This document shows positions 19,506 to 33,624 of a DNA stretch of 64,000 nucleotides, in pieces. The translations under genes and the position numbers were made by a program. Source of the DNA: Solirubrobacterales bacterium (lineage in GTDB: Bacteria > Actinomycetota > Thermoleophilia > Solirubrobacterales > 70-9); NCBI GenBank assembly GCA_036524375.1, contig DATDCK010000053.1, positions 12,279 through 76,278 on the forward strand. The letters are read 5' to 3'. How positions within the stretch are numbered: position 1 is the first letter of the stretch; the number at the start of each line of letters is the position of its first letter. A model generated the notes under the pieces. It saw only the letters and a list, made by a program, of their open reading frames with translations. It ran no database searches and was not told the DNA's origin.

Positions 19506-20789
19506 TCAGGCCCGCAGCGCTTCGACCCGCTCGAATATCTCGGGCAGGTGGGTCAGGTAGGCGCCGTAGTCGAAGACCGCGTCGAGGTCGAGGTCGGGCG
19601 CCGCCTCTCCCAGCAGCTCGCGGAACTCGGTGCCCGTGTCCCAGGCCCTCTGGGCGTTCTCCTGGACCACGCGGTAGGCGTCGTCGCGGGTCATCCCCGA
19701 CTCGACCAGCGCCGTCAGCGCCCGCTGGCTGAAGAGGGCGCCGTGGGTGAGCCCGAGGTTCTCCTTCATTCGGTCGGCCCGCACGTTCATCCCCGAGGCG
19801 ACCCCGGTGGCGAGGCTCTGGATGTAGTCGAGCCCGATCGTCGCGTCGGGCAGGATCACCCGCTCGGCGCCGGAGTGGGAGATGTCGCGCTCGTGCCAGA
19901 GCGCGATGTTCTCGAGCCCGGCCTGCGCGTAGCCGCGCAGCACCCGGGAGAGCCCCGTGATCCGCTCGGTGCGGATCGGGTTGCGCTTGTGCGGCATCGC
20001 CGAGGACCCCTTCTGGCCGGCGCCGAACGGCTCCTCGACCTCGCGCACCTCGGTGCGCTGGAGGTTGCGGACCTCGGTCGCGAAACGCTCGAGGCCGCCG
20101 CCGGCGATCGCGATCCGCGAGGTGAGGACCGCGTGGCGGTCGCGGGGGACGACCTGGGTGGCGATGTCCTCGCGGCCAAGCCCGAGGCGCTCCATCACCC
20201 GTGCCTCGACTGCCGGAGGGACGGAGGCGTAGGTCCCGACCGCGCCGGAGAGCTTGCCGAAGGCGAGCTGCGCGAAGGCATCCTCGAGGCGGGCGACGTT
20301 GCGGTCGGCCTCGAAGGCGAAGCCGGCCATCCGCAGGCCGAAGGTCGTGGGCTCGGCGTGGACGCCGTGGGTGCGGCCGACGCAGAGGGTGTCGCGATGC
20401 TCGAGCGCCAGCTCGACCAGGGCGTCGCGGTAGGCGCGCGCGCTCGCCAGCAGGACGTCGCCGGCGGCCCGCAGCTGCAGGGCCAGCGCCGTGTCGAGGA
20501 CGTCGGAGGAGGTGAGCCCGTAGTGGATCCAGCGACCGTGCTCGCCGACCGAGGCGGCGACGACGTCGACGAAGGCGGCGACATCGTGGTCGGTGACCCG
20601 CTCGCGCTCCTCGACTGCCTCGACCGTGAACGCGGCGTTGGCGCGGGCGGCCTCGGCTGCCTCCACCGGGACGACGCCCTCCTCGGCCCAGGCCTCGGTG
20701 GCGGCCAGCTCGACCTCGAGCCAGGTCTCCATCTTGCGCTGCTGGGACCAGACCTCGCCCATTTTCGGGCGGGTGTAGCGGGGGATCAT
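19506..20789 (-). CDS. purB: adenylosuccinate lyase
   Basis: MIPRYTRPKMGEVWS...GSSAMPHKRNP signature. Confidence 0.95.
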   Translation of the reverse strand: MIPRYTRPKMGEVWSQQRKMETWLEVELAATEAWAEEGVVPVEAAEAARANAAFTVEAVEERERVTDHDVAAFVDVVAASVGEHGRWIHYGLTSSDVLDTALALQLRAAGDVLLASARAYRDALVELALEHRDTLCVGRTHGVHAEPTTFGLRMAGFAFEADRNVARLEDAFAQLAFGKLSGAVGTYASVPPAVEARVMERLGLGREDIATQVVPRDRHAVLTSRIAIAGGGLERFATEVRNLQRTEVREVEEPFGAGQKGSSAMPHKRNPIRTERITGLSRVLRGYAQAGLENIALWHERDISHSGAERVILPDATIGLDYIQSLATGVASGMNVRADRMKENLGLTHGALFSQRALTALVESGMTRDDAYRVVQENAQRAWDTGTEFRELLGEAAPDLDLDAVFDYGAYLTHLPEIFERVEALRA

Positions 20790-20815
20790 CGGGGGGTTCC
20801 TCGGGCGGGTGGCGC

Positions 20816-20865
20816 GGGGGATGGGGGGTCGAGGACGCCCCCGCCCGCAGCGACCCCCATCCCCC
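20816..20865. other. G/C-run hairpin between purE and purB
   Basis: GGGGGATGGGGGGTCG (20816-20831) pairs with CGACCCCCATCCCCC (20851-20865), with one unpaired G. The adjacent G-runs fit a G4-type pattern. Confidence 0.4.
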
Positions 20866-20889
20866 GTGACAGGACCCGCCCGCCGGGAC

Positions 20890-21396
20890 TCATGCGTTGA
20901 TGATCCTCGCCGCTAACACGCCGGCGTTCTTGGCGCCGTCGATCGCGACGCAGGCGACCGGGATTCCGGGCGGCATCTGCACCGCCGAGAGCAGGGCGTC
21001 GAGCCCGCCGAGCGACTTGCCGAGGATCGGCACGCCGACCACCGGCAGGTCGGTGTGGGCCGCGGCGACGCCCGGCAGCGCTGCCGACATACCGGCGCCG
21101 GCGATGATCACCTTCAGGCCCCGCATCCGCGCGTTGGTGCAGTACTCGCGCACCATCTCGGGGTCGCGGTGGGCGCTCATCACCCGCACCTCGTAGCGGA
21201 TCCCGGCGTCCTCGAGCGCGGCGCCGGCCGGCTCCATCTTCGGCTTGTCGTTCTTCGACCCCATGATGATCCCGACCAGCGGCTCGTCGACATCGATTTC
21301 GGCGAACGCCTCCTCGACGGCGGGCATCGTCGCGGGCGGGGCCGGTGTCGGGGTCGGGCCCTCGGTCGGCACGGGGTCCTCTGAGATCTCGCTCAT
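20890..21396 (-). CDS. purE: 5-(carboxyamino)imidazole ribonucleotide mutase
   Basis: VGIIMGSKNDKPKM...VRVMSAHR...IIAGAGMSAALPG. Track ORF trimmed to MSEISED (ATG 21394-21396), preceded by GAGAGGA. Has a Pro/Thr-rich ~40-aa N-terminal extension. Confidence 0.92.
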   Translation of the reverse strand: MSEISEDPVPTEGPTPTPAPPATMPAVEEAFAEIDVDEPLVGIIMGSKNDKPKMEPAGAALEDAGIRYEVRVMSAHRDPEMVREYCTNARMRGLKVIIAGAGMSAALPGVAAAHTDLPVVGVPILGKSLGGLDALLSAVQMPPGIPVACVAIDGAKNAGVLAARIINA

Positions 21397-21412
21397 CTGA
21401 TCCTCTCTGGGT

Positions 21413-22690
21413 TCAACTGGGTACGCGATCGACCGCACGAGCGGCGATGTCGGTGCGGATCTGCATCCCGTCGAAGGAGATGCGACCAGCCGCATCGTAC
21501 GCACGATCGCGGGCCGCCGCCGGGGTCGGCCCGAGGGCGGTGACGTTGAGGACGCGGCCGCCCGCGGTAACGATCTCGCTGTCGACCGCGGCGGTGCCGG
21601 CGTGGGTCACCTCGGCGAGCTCGGCGGCCTCCTCGAGGCCGGAGATCGCGTCGCCCTTCGAGGAGCTCTCGGGGTAGCCGGCAGAGGCCAGGACCAGGGT
21701 CACCGCCCAGTCCTCGTCGAACTCGGCGCTCTGGCCCTCGAGGCCGCCCGGCTCGCGCGCGGCCAGCATCAGGTCGACGAGGTCGCTGCGCAGCCGCGGC
21801 AGGACGGCCTGGGTCTCCGGGTCGCCGAAGCGGGCATTGAACTCGAGCACTTTCGGTCCCGCCTCGCCGATCATCAGCCCGGCGTAGAGGACCCCGTGGA
21901 AGGGACGACCGCGGGCCGCCATCGCGGCCAGTGCCGGACGGTGGACGGTCTCGACGATCTCCTCGACCTCGGCGGCGCCGAAGCCCGGCACCGGCGAGTA
22001 GCTGCCCATGCCGCCGGTGTTCGGCCCGAGGTCGCCGTCGAATATCCGCTTGTAGTCCTGGGCCGGCGCCAGCGGCACGACGTTCTCGCCGTCGCAGATC
22101 GCCAGCAACGAGAGCTCCTCGCCGTCGAGGAACTCCTCGAGGACGACGGCCATGTTGGCCCCGAATCGCCGCTCGGTGAAGAAGACGTCGAGGGCCTCGC
22201 GGGCCTCGGCCTCGTCGGCGCAGACGATCACGCCCTTGCCGGCCGCGAGGCCGTCGGCCTTCAGCACCGCCGGGTAGGTCGCCGCCGCGACCTGCCCGAC
22301 CGCCTCCTCGCGACTGCGCAGCAGCACGTGGGCCGCGGTCGGTATCTCGGCCTCGCGCATCAGCTCCTTGGCGAAGGCCTTCGACCCCTCCAGCTCGGCG
22401 GCGGCGGCGCTCGGCCCGAAGGCGGGCACGCCGGCCTCGGCGAGGGCGTCGGCGGCGCCGGCGACGAGCGCGGCCTCGGGGCCGATCGCGACGAGGTCGA
22501 CCCGCCGCTCCTCTGCTGCGGCGACGATCGCGGCGACGTCTTCGACGCCGACCTCCGGCAGGCACTCGGCGTCCGCCTCGATCCCGGCGTTCCCGGGCGC
22601 GCAGAGCACCTCCGGCGAGTGCGCCGAGCGGGCCAGCGCCCGCACGATCGCGTGCTCGCGCCCACCCCCGCCGATCACCAGTGCCCGCAA
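21413..22690 (-). CDS. purD: phosphoribosylamine-glycine ligase
   Basis: [16 protein letters not shown]... ATP-grasp protein, GMGSYSP. TTG start. Confidence 0.95.
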   Translation of the reverse strand: MRALVIGGGGREHAIVRALARSAHSPEVLCAPGNAGIEADAECLPEVGVEDVAAIVAAAEERRVDLVAIGPEAALVAGAADALAEAGVPAFGPSAAAAELEGSKAFAKELMREAEIPTAAHVLLRSREEAVGQVAAATYPAVLKADGLAAGKGVIVCADEAEAREALDVFFTERRFGANMAVVLEEFLDGEELSLLAICDGENVVPLAPAQDYKRIFDGDLGPNTGGMGSYSPVPGFGAAEVEEIVETVHRPALAAMAARGRPFHGVLYAGLMIGEAGPKVLEFNARFGDPETQAVLPRLRSDLVDLMLAAREPGGLEGQSAEFDEDWAVTLVLASAGYPESSSKGDAISGLEEAAELAEVTHAGTAAVDSEIVTAGGRVLNVTALGPTPAAARDRAYDAAGRISFDGMQIRTDIAARAVDRVPS

Positions 22691-22699
22691 GTCGAGTCC

Positions 22700-22981
22700 T
22701 TAGAGCGCCGAGGCGAGGTCTTCGGCCGGGATCGCGGTCAGCGTCTGGCTCGTCATCGTGCCTCGCGAGCCGAGCTCGACGGAGATCTTCGCCATCGTCT
22801 GGTCGTCGGGCGCCTCGACGATGGTGACGAAGTCGTACTGGCCGAGGGTCGCGTACTGGTTCACCACCTTGGCGCCGATCTGCTCCACCTCGCTGTTCAC
22901 CTCGGCGACGCGCGCCGGGTTGTTCTTGAGCGTGCGGACACCTTCGGGGGTCAGGTTGGTCAACATCACGTACGTCGGCAT
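22700..22981 (-). CDS. GYD domain protein
   Basis: 93 aa, MPTYVMLTNLTPEGVRTLKNNP...GQYDFVTIVEAPDD. GGAAGGAG Shine-Dalgarno upstream. Confidence 0.8.
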   Translation of the reverse strand: MPTYVMLTNLTPEGVRTLKNNPARVAEVNSEVEQIGAKVVNQYATLGQYDFVTIVEAPDDQTMAKISVELGSRGTMTSQTLTAIPAEDLASAL

Positions 22982-23053
22982 CGAGTGTCTCCTTCCGCAG
23001 GGGTTCGCGCCTACGTTATTACGCGGGCGGCAGCGGTCGCGAAAGCGGAGGGA

Positions 23054-24721
23054 TCAGTCGTCGAAGCCGGCGTGAATGTGATCGCAGTGGTCCGGCAGCG
23101 CGAAGGCTTCGCCGGGTCCATCGACGTCGAAGCAGTAGATCAGCTCGGTGGGGTGGACCGGGACCGGCAGGTAGGCGAGGGTCCGGGCCAGCTTCGCGCA
23201 GGGGCCGTCGACCGCGGTTTCGGTGCAGGAGACGCCATCGACGGCGGCGATGTCCATCGCCCGCCCGAAGTAGTGGTTGGAGACATAGCCGCTGGCGGTC
23301 ATCTCGGAGTGGTCGGAGCGCAGCGAGGAGAGCGTCAGCTGGTGTTCCTGGGTGATCGCTCCGATCAGGGCGACGACCCGGGGATCGATCGCGCCGGTCG
23401 TCAGGTCGCGAAGCTCGAGCTCGTTGGAGAGGGTCAGGTTCTCCCAGTTGATCGGCGCCACCGAGGAGGCGGGCATCGAGACGGCGAAGTCGACGGTGCT
23501 GACGCGGCAGCGGCCTTCGAGCTCCTCGGCGTCGGCGAGGACGGCCTGGACGTACCACTGGGCCTGGTTGTGGGTGAAGACCCCGGCGCGGATGTCGCCG
23601 CGCGACCAGAGCATGCGGGCGAGGGTGGCGGCCGAGTCGTCGATGTCGCCGTGGCGGACGCGTCCGTCTTCGTCGCCGTCGACGGCGAAGGTCAGCCACT
23701 CGGTCGAGTCGAGCCCGAGCGGGCCGTTGCGACGCAGCTGCTTCTTGCTCATCCCCTTGCCGAAGTTCGACTCGAGGCGGGCGATCGCGGCCAGCGTCCA
23801 GACTCCGCGCTTGCCGAGTTCGTAGCGGGCCGAGGCGCTCTCGAAAGCGGTCAGGTACTCGGGCGGGATCTCCTCGCGCCGATCCTCGGCCGGGTCGCAG
23901 CTTAGGACCTGGAGCTGGGGGGTGAGGGCAAAGCCTCCGACCGCCGAGCTGCTGCCGATGCCGGCGTAGCAAGCGGCGTTGGCGAGCACCTCTTCGACGT
24001 ACCAGTCGGCGTGGTTGTACGCGTAGATCGCGGTGTAGGTGTCCTCCGGCATGCCGGCGGCGCTCAGGTAGCTGGCCGCCGAGTAGATCGCGTCTTCGGG
24101 GTTGTAGGGGTCGGCGACGCCGTCGCCGTTGGCGTCGGTCCCGTACATGTCCCAGGTCGAGGGGATGAACTGCATCCAGCCCATCGCCCCGGCCGAGGAG
24201 ACGTTGAGGTTGGACCCGAACGCGGTCTCGATCTCGTTGATGCCGGCCAGGATTGCCGGGCCCTGGGGACCGAGCCCGTAGGTCGCGGCGGCCCGCTGGT
24301 AGATCGGGATCAGGACCGGCGGCACCCCGGAGGCGGCGCAGCTGGAGCTCGGGATCGAGGGGACTTCGAAGAGTTCGCCGGGTGCGGCGGGAGCTTCTTC
24401 ACCGCCCGCTTCCGCTTCGGGATCCGCTTCCGTTTCAGGCGTTTCGGAGGAGGGGGGCGGGGCTGCTTCGGCCTTGGCCGCGGTCCCGCCGCTGCCACCG
24501 GCGGCGGGCTGGGACGGTTCCGGCGCGGGCGGGGCTTCGAGGCTCGTGCCTTCCTGGACGGGTGCGGCGATCGGGGTCGCGGCGGTCGCGGCCGGCGCGG
24601 TCGCCGAGCTGGCGGCGGGCATCGCCGGCGAGCTTTCGGGCAGCTCCGCGGCGAGCGCCGAGGTAGCCGCGAGCACCGCGGCGAACGCGCCCAACAGGAA
24701 TATCTTCTTGACCTGACTCAT
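23054..24721 (-). CDS. secreted cell-wall hydrolase: two lytic-transglycosylase-like domains plus a C-terminal M15 (VanY-like) peptidase domain
   Basis: Signal peptide MSQVKKIFLLGAFAAVLAATSALA and an A/P/E-rich linker. GAMGWMQFIPSTWDMYGTDANGDGVADPYNPEDAIYSAASYL (SLT_2-like), with a second weaker copy. C-terminus SNHYFGRAMDI...DHIHAGFDD (Zn ligands of the M15 type). The ATG at 24719-24721 shares 1 nt with the upstream stop. Confidence 0.8.
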   Translation of the reverse strand: MSQVKKIFLLGAFAAVLAATSALAAELPESSPAMPAASSATAPAATAATPIAAPVQEGTSLEAPPAPEPSQPAAGGSGGTAAKAEAAPPPSSETPETEADPEAEAGGEEAPAAPGELFEVPSIPSSSCAASGVPPVLIPIYQRAAATYGLGPQGPAILAGINEIETAFGSNLNVSSAGAMGWMQFIPSTWDMYGTDANGDGVADPYNPEDAIYSAASYLSAAGMPEDTYTAIYAYNHADWYVEEVLANAACYAGIGSSSAVGGFALTPQLQVLSCDPAEDRREEIPPEYLTAFESASARYELGKRGVWTLAAIARLESNFGKGMSKKQLRRNGPLGLDSTEWLTFAVDGDEDGRVRHGDIDDSAATLARMLWSRGDIRAGVFTHNQAQWYVQAVLADAEELEGRCRVSTVDFAVSMPASSVAPINWENLTLSNELELRDLTTGAIDPRVVALIGAITQEHQLTLSSLRSDHSEMTASGYVSNHYFGRAMDIAAVDGVSCTETAVDGPCAKLARTLAYLPVPVHPTELIYCFDVDGPGEAFALPDHCDHIHAGFDD

Positions 24722-25665
24722 CAGCCGCGAACGTCCGTTACCTGCCACTGGACGGTCGCGCCCTTCGCGCCCCCGTCCCCCTGCATACCCCCTGGAAGTT
24801 TTTCCATTTCAAGTTTCAGCTCGCTGGTGACGCCGACGCGCAGCAACGAGACACTCAAAGTGTAGGCGTCTCCCGTCTTAGGTCCAGAGACGATGTTCAA
24901 CACCTTCGCTTTCGGGACGTCGACGCCTGCAGGCAGCCGGGGCGGTCGCTTCAACAGCGCCTGCTTGAGCTCGGGGCTGGCGGTGGCCGCGAACGCCTTG
25001 CGGACGTCGGCGTCGGTGCGGCCGGTCTCGTAGAGGACGAAGGCCCCGGCGAACTGGCGGGCGACGTCGATCGCCTCCGGCCCGGCGACTACGGAGCCGC
25101 CTTCGGCGCTGGCGCTTTTTTCGGGGCTGACGGCTGCGACGCCTTCGTTGGCCTTGGCCTGGGCGGCGGCCTCGTCGCGGGCCGCTTCGGGGATGCCGCC
25201 ACCGGACTCTTCGGCGAACTCCGGCTCGGCTCCGTTGAGTACCGGTCCCGCGGCAGCCTCTGCAGCCTGAACCTGAGCTTGAGGGTCAGGGGTGGGGGTG
25301 GCAGCGACGGGCTCCGGCGCCGAGGCCAGGGTCCCGCCTCGCTCTCCCCCGGAGGGGTTGGAGACGGCGATTCCGGCGGCGATGCCGACGGCGGCGACCA
25401 GAACGACCGCGGCGACGGCGCCGGCGCGCACCGGCCTGCTCCATCCCGCGGCCTCTTCCTGGATCGGCCAGACCAGCCAGTGCTCGACCGCCCAGGAGAC
25501 GCGCTCGACCGGCCAGCGGACCGCCTCGACCAGGCCGTGGAAGAGGTCGGAGGCGCCGAGCACGACCCTGTCCTCGACCGCCCAGGCGGCATCGGCCAGG
25601 GAGGAGCGCAGGGGGGCTTTCCCGTTGACGGGCACGTCGCGCTTGCGATTGGGGAGCTTCGGCAT
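24721..25665 (-). CDS. hypothetical single-pass membrane protein
   Basis: Start set at MPKLPNRK, because codon usage upstream is atypical. Trp-rich cytoplasmic N-terminus, TM segment AGAVAAVVLVAAVGIAAGIAV, A/P/E linker, ~110-aa C-terminal domain. Confidence 0.55.
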   Translation of the reverse strand: MPKLPNRKRDVPVNGKAPLRSSLADAAWAVEDRVVLGASDLFHGLVEAVRWPVERVSWAVEHWLVWPIQEEAAGWSRPVRAGAVAAVVLVAAVGIAAGIAVSNPSGGERGGTLASAPEPVAATPTPDPQAQVQAAEAAAGPVLNGAEPEFAEESGGGIPEAARDEAAAQAKANEGVAAVSPEKSASAEGGSVVAGPEAIDVARQFAGAFVLYETGRTDADVRKAFAATASPELKQALLKRPPRLPAGVDVPKAKVLNIVSGPKTGDAYTLSVSLLRVGVTSELKLEMEKLPGGMQGDGGAKGATVQWQVTDVRG

Positions 25666-25797
25666 TGTCAGAACAGAAGAGATTACGTCCGATTTCGGCC
25701 TCTGGGGCGGAATCCTGCAGTTTTGGTCCACGCCTCCCAGCCCTGGGAGCAGCTGGAATACCAGCGCAACCTCAGCGTCACCTAAGTAACAAGCTCG

Positions 25798-28377
<2,580 letters not shown>

Positions 28378-28385
28378 CAGGCCCA

Positions 28386-28391
28386 ATACTA
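28386..28391 (-). promoter_or_regulatory. candidate -10 hexamer (TAGTAT) for a leaderless clpB transcript
   Basis: CTTAGTATT lies on the minus strand 8 nt upstream of the GTG. A TAGACC -35-like hexamer lies 17 nt further upstream. The same CTTAGTATT is seen upstream of argF. Confidence 0.35.
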
Positions 28392-28410
28392 AGTCGGAGC
28401 GCCCGTCGGT

Positions 28411-29184
28411 CTACCCCGCGGTTTCGGCCCGGCGCATCCCAGACACCGCCCAGATCCCGAGCAGGGCCATCAGCCCCACGGCGACGCCGTAGGCGGCGAG
28501 GACCTCGGCCTGCTGGCCGGCGAGGAACTCGCGGTTGGTGTCGAGGATCAGGGTCAGCGGGTTGATCTTGGCCACGTGCGAGACCCAGCCGGCGAGCAGT
28601 TCCTGAGGAACGTAGACCGGGGTGAGGAAGAGGAGGATGAAGACCGGGAACTGCATCAGGGGGCCGGCCTGGAGGGTGCGCAGGCGCAGGGCGATCCCGG
28701 CGGCGAACAGCAGGGCGACGACGTTGATGGTCAGCGAGAGCAGGTAGAGGCCGAAGATCTCGGCCGCCGAGCCCCCGACTTCCATCCCGGCCAGGAGGGC
28801 GACGACGGTGATCACGACCCATGTCGCGAGGACGCGGGCGATCGCGGTGATCGCGTAGCCGACGACGATCGACGTCCGGTGGCTGGTCGCCAGCATCATC
28901 CGCCGGCCCATCCCGAACTGGAAGTCGGCGGCGATCGAGAAGCCGGTGAAGACCCCGCCCAGGGCGGAGGACTGCAGCAGGACGAAGCCGAAGACGAACG
29001 TCGTGTAGCCCTCCGGGTAGTTGAAGTCCGGCGTCTCGGAGACCGCCGAGAGGCCGCCGGCGAAGGCGGCGAGGAAGAACAGCGGGAAGATCAGCGAGGG
29101 GAAGAGGATCGCCGGTTTGGTGTAGGCGTTGTGGAGGCTGCGCCAGGCGATCCCCAGCGCCGAGGACCGGTACCCGCCGATCAC
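28411..29184 (-). CDS. ABC-2 type transporter permease
   Basis: Six-TM style sequence. The GTG at 29182-29184 overlaps the upstream permease stop (GTGA). Track ORF 28411..30429 trimmed. Confidence 0.85.
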   Translation of the reverse strand: MIGGYRSSALGIAWRSLHNAYTKPAILFPSLIFPLFFLAAFAGGLSAVSETPDFNYPEGYTTFVFGFVLLQSSALGGVFTGFSIAADFQFGMGRRMMLATSHRTSIVVGYAITAIARVLATWVVITVVALLAGMEVGGSAAEIFGLYLLSLTINVVALLFAAGIALRLRTLQAGPLMQFPVFILLFLTPVYVPQELLAGWVSHVAKINPLTLILDTNREFLAGQQAEVLAAYGVAVGLMALLGIWAVSGMRRAETAG

Positions 29185-29999
29185 GAGCGCACCATCCTCT
29201 CCCGCAGCGCCAGCGAGGCGATCGAGATCGAGCCGACGATCAGGGCGACGGCGATCCCGAAGGCGAGCGCCAGCGCCTCGCCGTCCCAGCCGATGACGAA
29301 GAGGCTGCGGACCCCCTCGATCAGGTAGCTGACGGGATTGATCGTCGCCACGGTTCGGAACCAGTCCTCCTGGATCAGGTTGCGCGGCAGCGAGATCGAG
29401 CTGAAGAAGAGGAAGACGAAGAGCAGCGGGAACATCCCCTGGACCGACTCGCCGGAGCCGGTCCTGATCGCCATGAACATGCCGATGCCGCCGAAGCCGA
29501 TCGAGACCAGCACCGAGAGGGCGAGCAGGACGGGGACGCCGAGCAGTCCCGCCTCGAAGTGTGCCCCGGCCGCGAGGCCGACCGTGAGGTAGACGCTGGC
29601 CTGGATCAGGCCGATCACGACCAGGCCGCCGAGCTGGCCCGCGATCAGGGCGCTGCCCTTCATCGGCGTCAGGGCGAGGCGGTTGAAGAACCCGTTCTCG
29701 ATGTCTTCGGCGAGTGCCTGGCCGGAGTTCATCGTCGAGAACAGCGCCCCCTGGATGAAGGGGACGGCGAGGGCAAAGGTCAGGTAGGAGCCGGTCGGGA
29801 AGCCGGGGATCTGCGTCGCCGCATTGAGACCGGCGCTGTTGACCGCCAGCAGGAACAGGGGGAAGACGAGGCTGGGGACGATCATCGCCGGCTGGCGCAG
29901 GGTGCGCAGGACGGCCCGGCCCGCGAGCGAGCGGACCTGGGTGGAGAGGGTCGAGCCGCGGCCCGGCCGGGGGAGGGCGACGGCGCCGCCGGCGTTCAT
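29181..29999 (-). CDS. ABC-2 type transporter permease
   Basis: Multi-TM protein. Start overlaps the stop of the ATPase gene. Confidence 0.85.
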   Translation of the reverse strand: MNAGGAVALPRPGRGSTLSTQVRSLAGRAVLRTLRQPAMIVPSLVFPLFLLAVNSAGLNAATQIPGFPTGSYLTFALAVPFIQGALFSTMNSGQALAEDIENGFFNRLALTPMKGSALIAGQLGGLVVIGLIQASVYLTVGLAAGAHFEAGLLGVPVLLALSVLVSIGFGGIGMFMAIRTGSGESVQGMFPLLFVFLFFSSISLPRNLIQEDWFRTVATINPVSYLIEGVRSLFVIGWDGEALALAFGIAVALIVGSISIASLALRERMVRS

Positions 30000-30985
30000 G
30001 GGCCGGCCCCCGGCATCCCCGCCGCGCCATCGGCCGAGTCGCCGGAGCCCTCGAGATGGCGACCGGTCTTCTCGAGGAAGACGTCGTCGAGGCTGGGGGC
30101 GTGGAGCTCGATGTTGGCGACCCGCAGCCCGTCCGAGTCGAGGGCCCGGACCACGTCGGCGATCTGCTCGCCGCCACCGTCGAGGCGGACCGCGACCGCC
30201 TCGCGGGAGGCTGGGACCCGCTCGCCGAATCGCTCCAGCACCGCCAGCACCCGGTCGCCCTGGTCGGCGACGGCGGGGACGGCCTCGAGGCTGGGCCTTC
30301 CGATCTCGGCTTTGAGCGAGTTCGGCGTGCCTTCGGCGACGATGACGCCGTCGTCGATGATCCCGACCCGGTCGGCGAGCTGGTCGGCCTCCTCCAGGTA
30401 CTGGGTGGTGAGGAAGACGGTGACCCCATCCTCGCCCGCGAGGCGGGCGACCTCGTCCCAGAGTGCGGCCCGGCTCTGCGGGTCGAGCCCGGTGGTCGGC
30501 TCGTCGAGGAACAGCACCCGCGGGCCGTGGACCAGGGCCAACGCGAGGTCGAGGCGGCGTTTCATCCCGCCCGAGTAGCCGCCCACCTTGCGATCGGCGG
30601 CCTCGGCGAGCCCGACCCGCTCGATCAGCGCGTCGCCCCGGGCGAGCCGCTCGCCCTTCGGCAACCCGTGCAGCGCCGTCTGCAGGCGCATGTGCTCGCG
30701 GGCGGTGAGGTGGGGGTCGAGCGCCGCTTCCTGCAGGGCGGCGCCGATCGCCTCGCGGACCTGGGGCCCTTCGGAGACGATGTCGCGGCCGGCGACCTTG
30801 GCGCTCCCTTCCGTCGGCGGCAGCAGCGTGGTCAGCATGTGGACCGTGGTCGACTTGCCGGCGCCGTTCGGACCGAGGAACCCGTAGATCTCTCCGGGCT
30901 CGACGAGGAGGTCGATCCCGGCGACCGCGCGCGGCCCGTTCTTGAACTCCCGGACGAGGCCGTTGACTTCGATGCTGTTTTCCAT
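29996..30985 (-). CDS. ABC transporter ATP-binding protein (DrrA-like exporter ATPase)
   Basis: MENSIEVNGLVREF..., Walker A GPNGAGKST, signature YSGGMKRR, Walker B LFLDEPTTGLD. An alternative ATG lies at 31003. Confidence 0.9.
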   Translation of the reverse strand: MENSIEVNGLVREFKNGPRAVAGIDLLVEPGEIYGFLGPNGAGKSTTVHMLTTLLPPTEGSAKVAGRDIVSEGPQVREAIGAALQEAALDPHLTAREHMRLQTALHGLPKGERLARGDALIERVGLAEAADRKVGGYSGGMKRRLDLALALVHGPRVLFLDEPTTGLDPQSRAALWDEVARLAGEDGVTVFLTTQYLEEADQLADRVGIIDDGVIVAEGTPNSLKAEIGRPSLEAVPAVADQGDRVLAVLERFGERVPASREAVAVRLDGGGEQIADVVRALDSDGLRVANIELHAPSLDDVFLEKTGRHLEGSGDSADGAAGMPGAGP

Positions 30986-31012
30986 GACCCGGCTGTATAG
31001 CATAAAGTTGAA

Positions 31013-31031
31013 GTCTTAAACTATTTAGGAC
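31013..31031. promoter_or_regulatory. imperfect palindrome GTCTTAAA-cta-TTTAGGAC in the AT-rich divergent ABC/marR intergenic region (candidate MarR operator)
   Basis: 7 of 8 positions are complementary. It sits in the only AT-rich patch between the divergent starts at 30985/31003 and 31049. Confidence 0.4.
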
Positions 31032-31048
31032 CTCTGTTAAAGTGCCCT

Positions 31049-31503
31049 ATGGCGCCGAGCGATCTGGACCAGAAGACGAAGCGCGGGGCCGGCGAGCGGC
31101 GCCGGCTCGAGGTCGAGGCCTGGCGGCTGATGAACGAGTTGGTCTGGTCCCAGCGTCCCCAGGTCATGGCCCTCTGCCGGGAGTTCGAGCTGTTCCCCCC
31201 GCAGCTGATGGTCCTTCGGGCTCTCGACGAGCCGCGCCCGATGCGGGAGGTAGCCGCCCACCTCGCCTGCGACAGCTCCAACCTGACCGGGATCACCGAC
31301 CGGCTCGAGGAGCGCGGCCTGGTTCGGCGCACCGCCGACGCCAATGACCGGCGCGTCAAGCTCCTCGTCCTCACCGACGCCGGGCAGCGGATGCGCAAGG
31401 AGATCGTCGCCCGCATGGGGGTTCCGCCGGAGTCGATCGGGGCCCTCTCCGATCGCGACCTCGAGGCGATCGGGCGGGCTCTCGGCAAGGCGCTCCCGGC
31501 CGG

Positions 31504-31507
<4 letters not shown>
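31049..31507 (+). CDS. MarR family transcriptional regulator
   Basis: Winged-helix pattern [10 protein letters not shown]...[29 protein letters not shown]...[13 protein letters not shown]. Confidence 0.9.

Positions 31508-33620
<2,113 letters not shown>

Positions 33621-33624
<4 letters not shown>

Noticed and set aside
21602-23905. 767-aa plus-strand ORF.
   Set aside because: It is antisense to purD, the GYD gene and the cell-wall hydrolase gene, has shadow-ORF composition, and has no domain signature.
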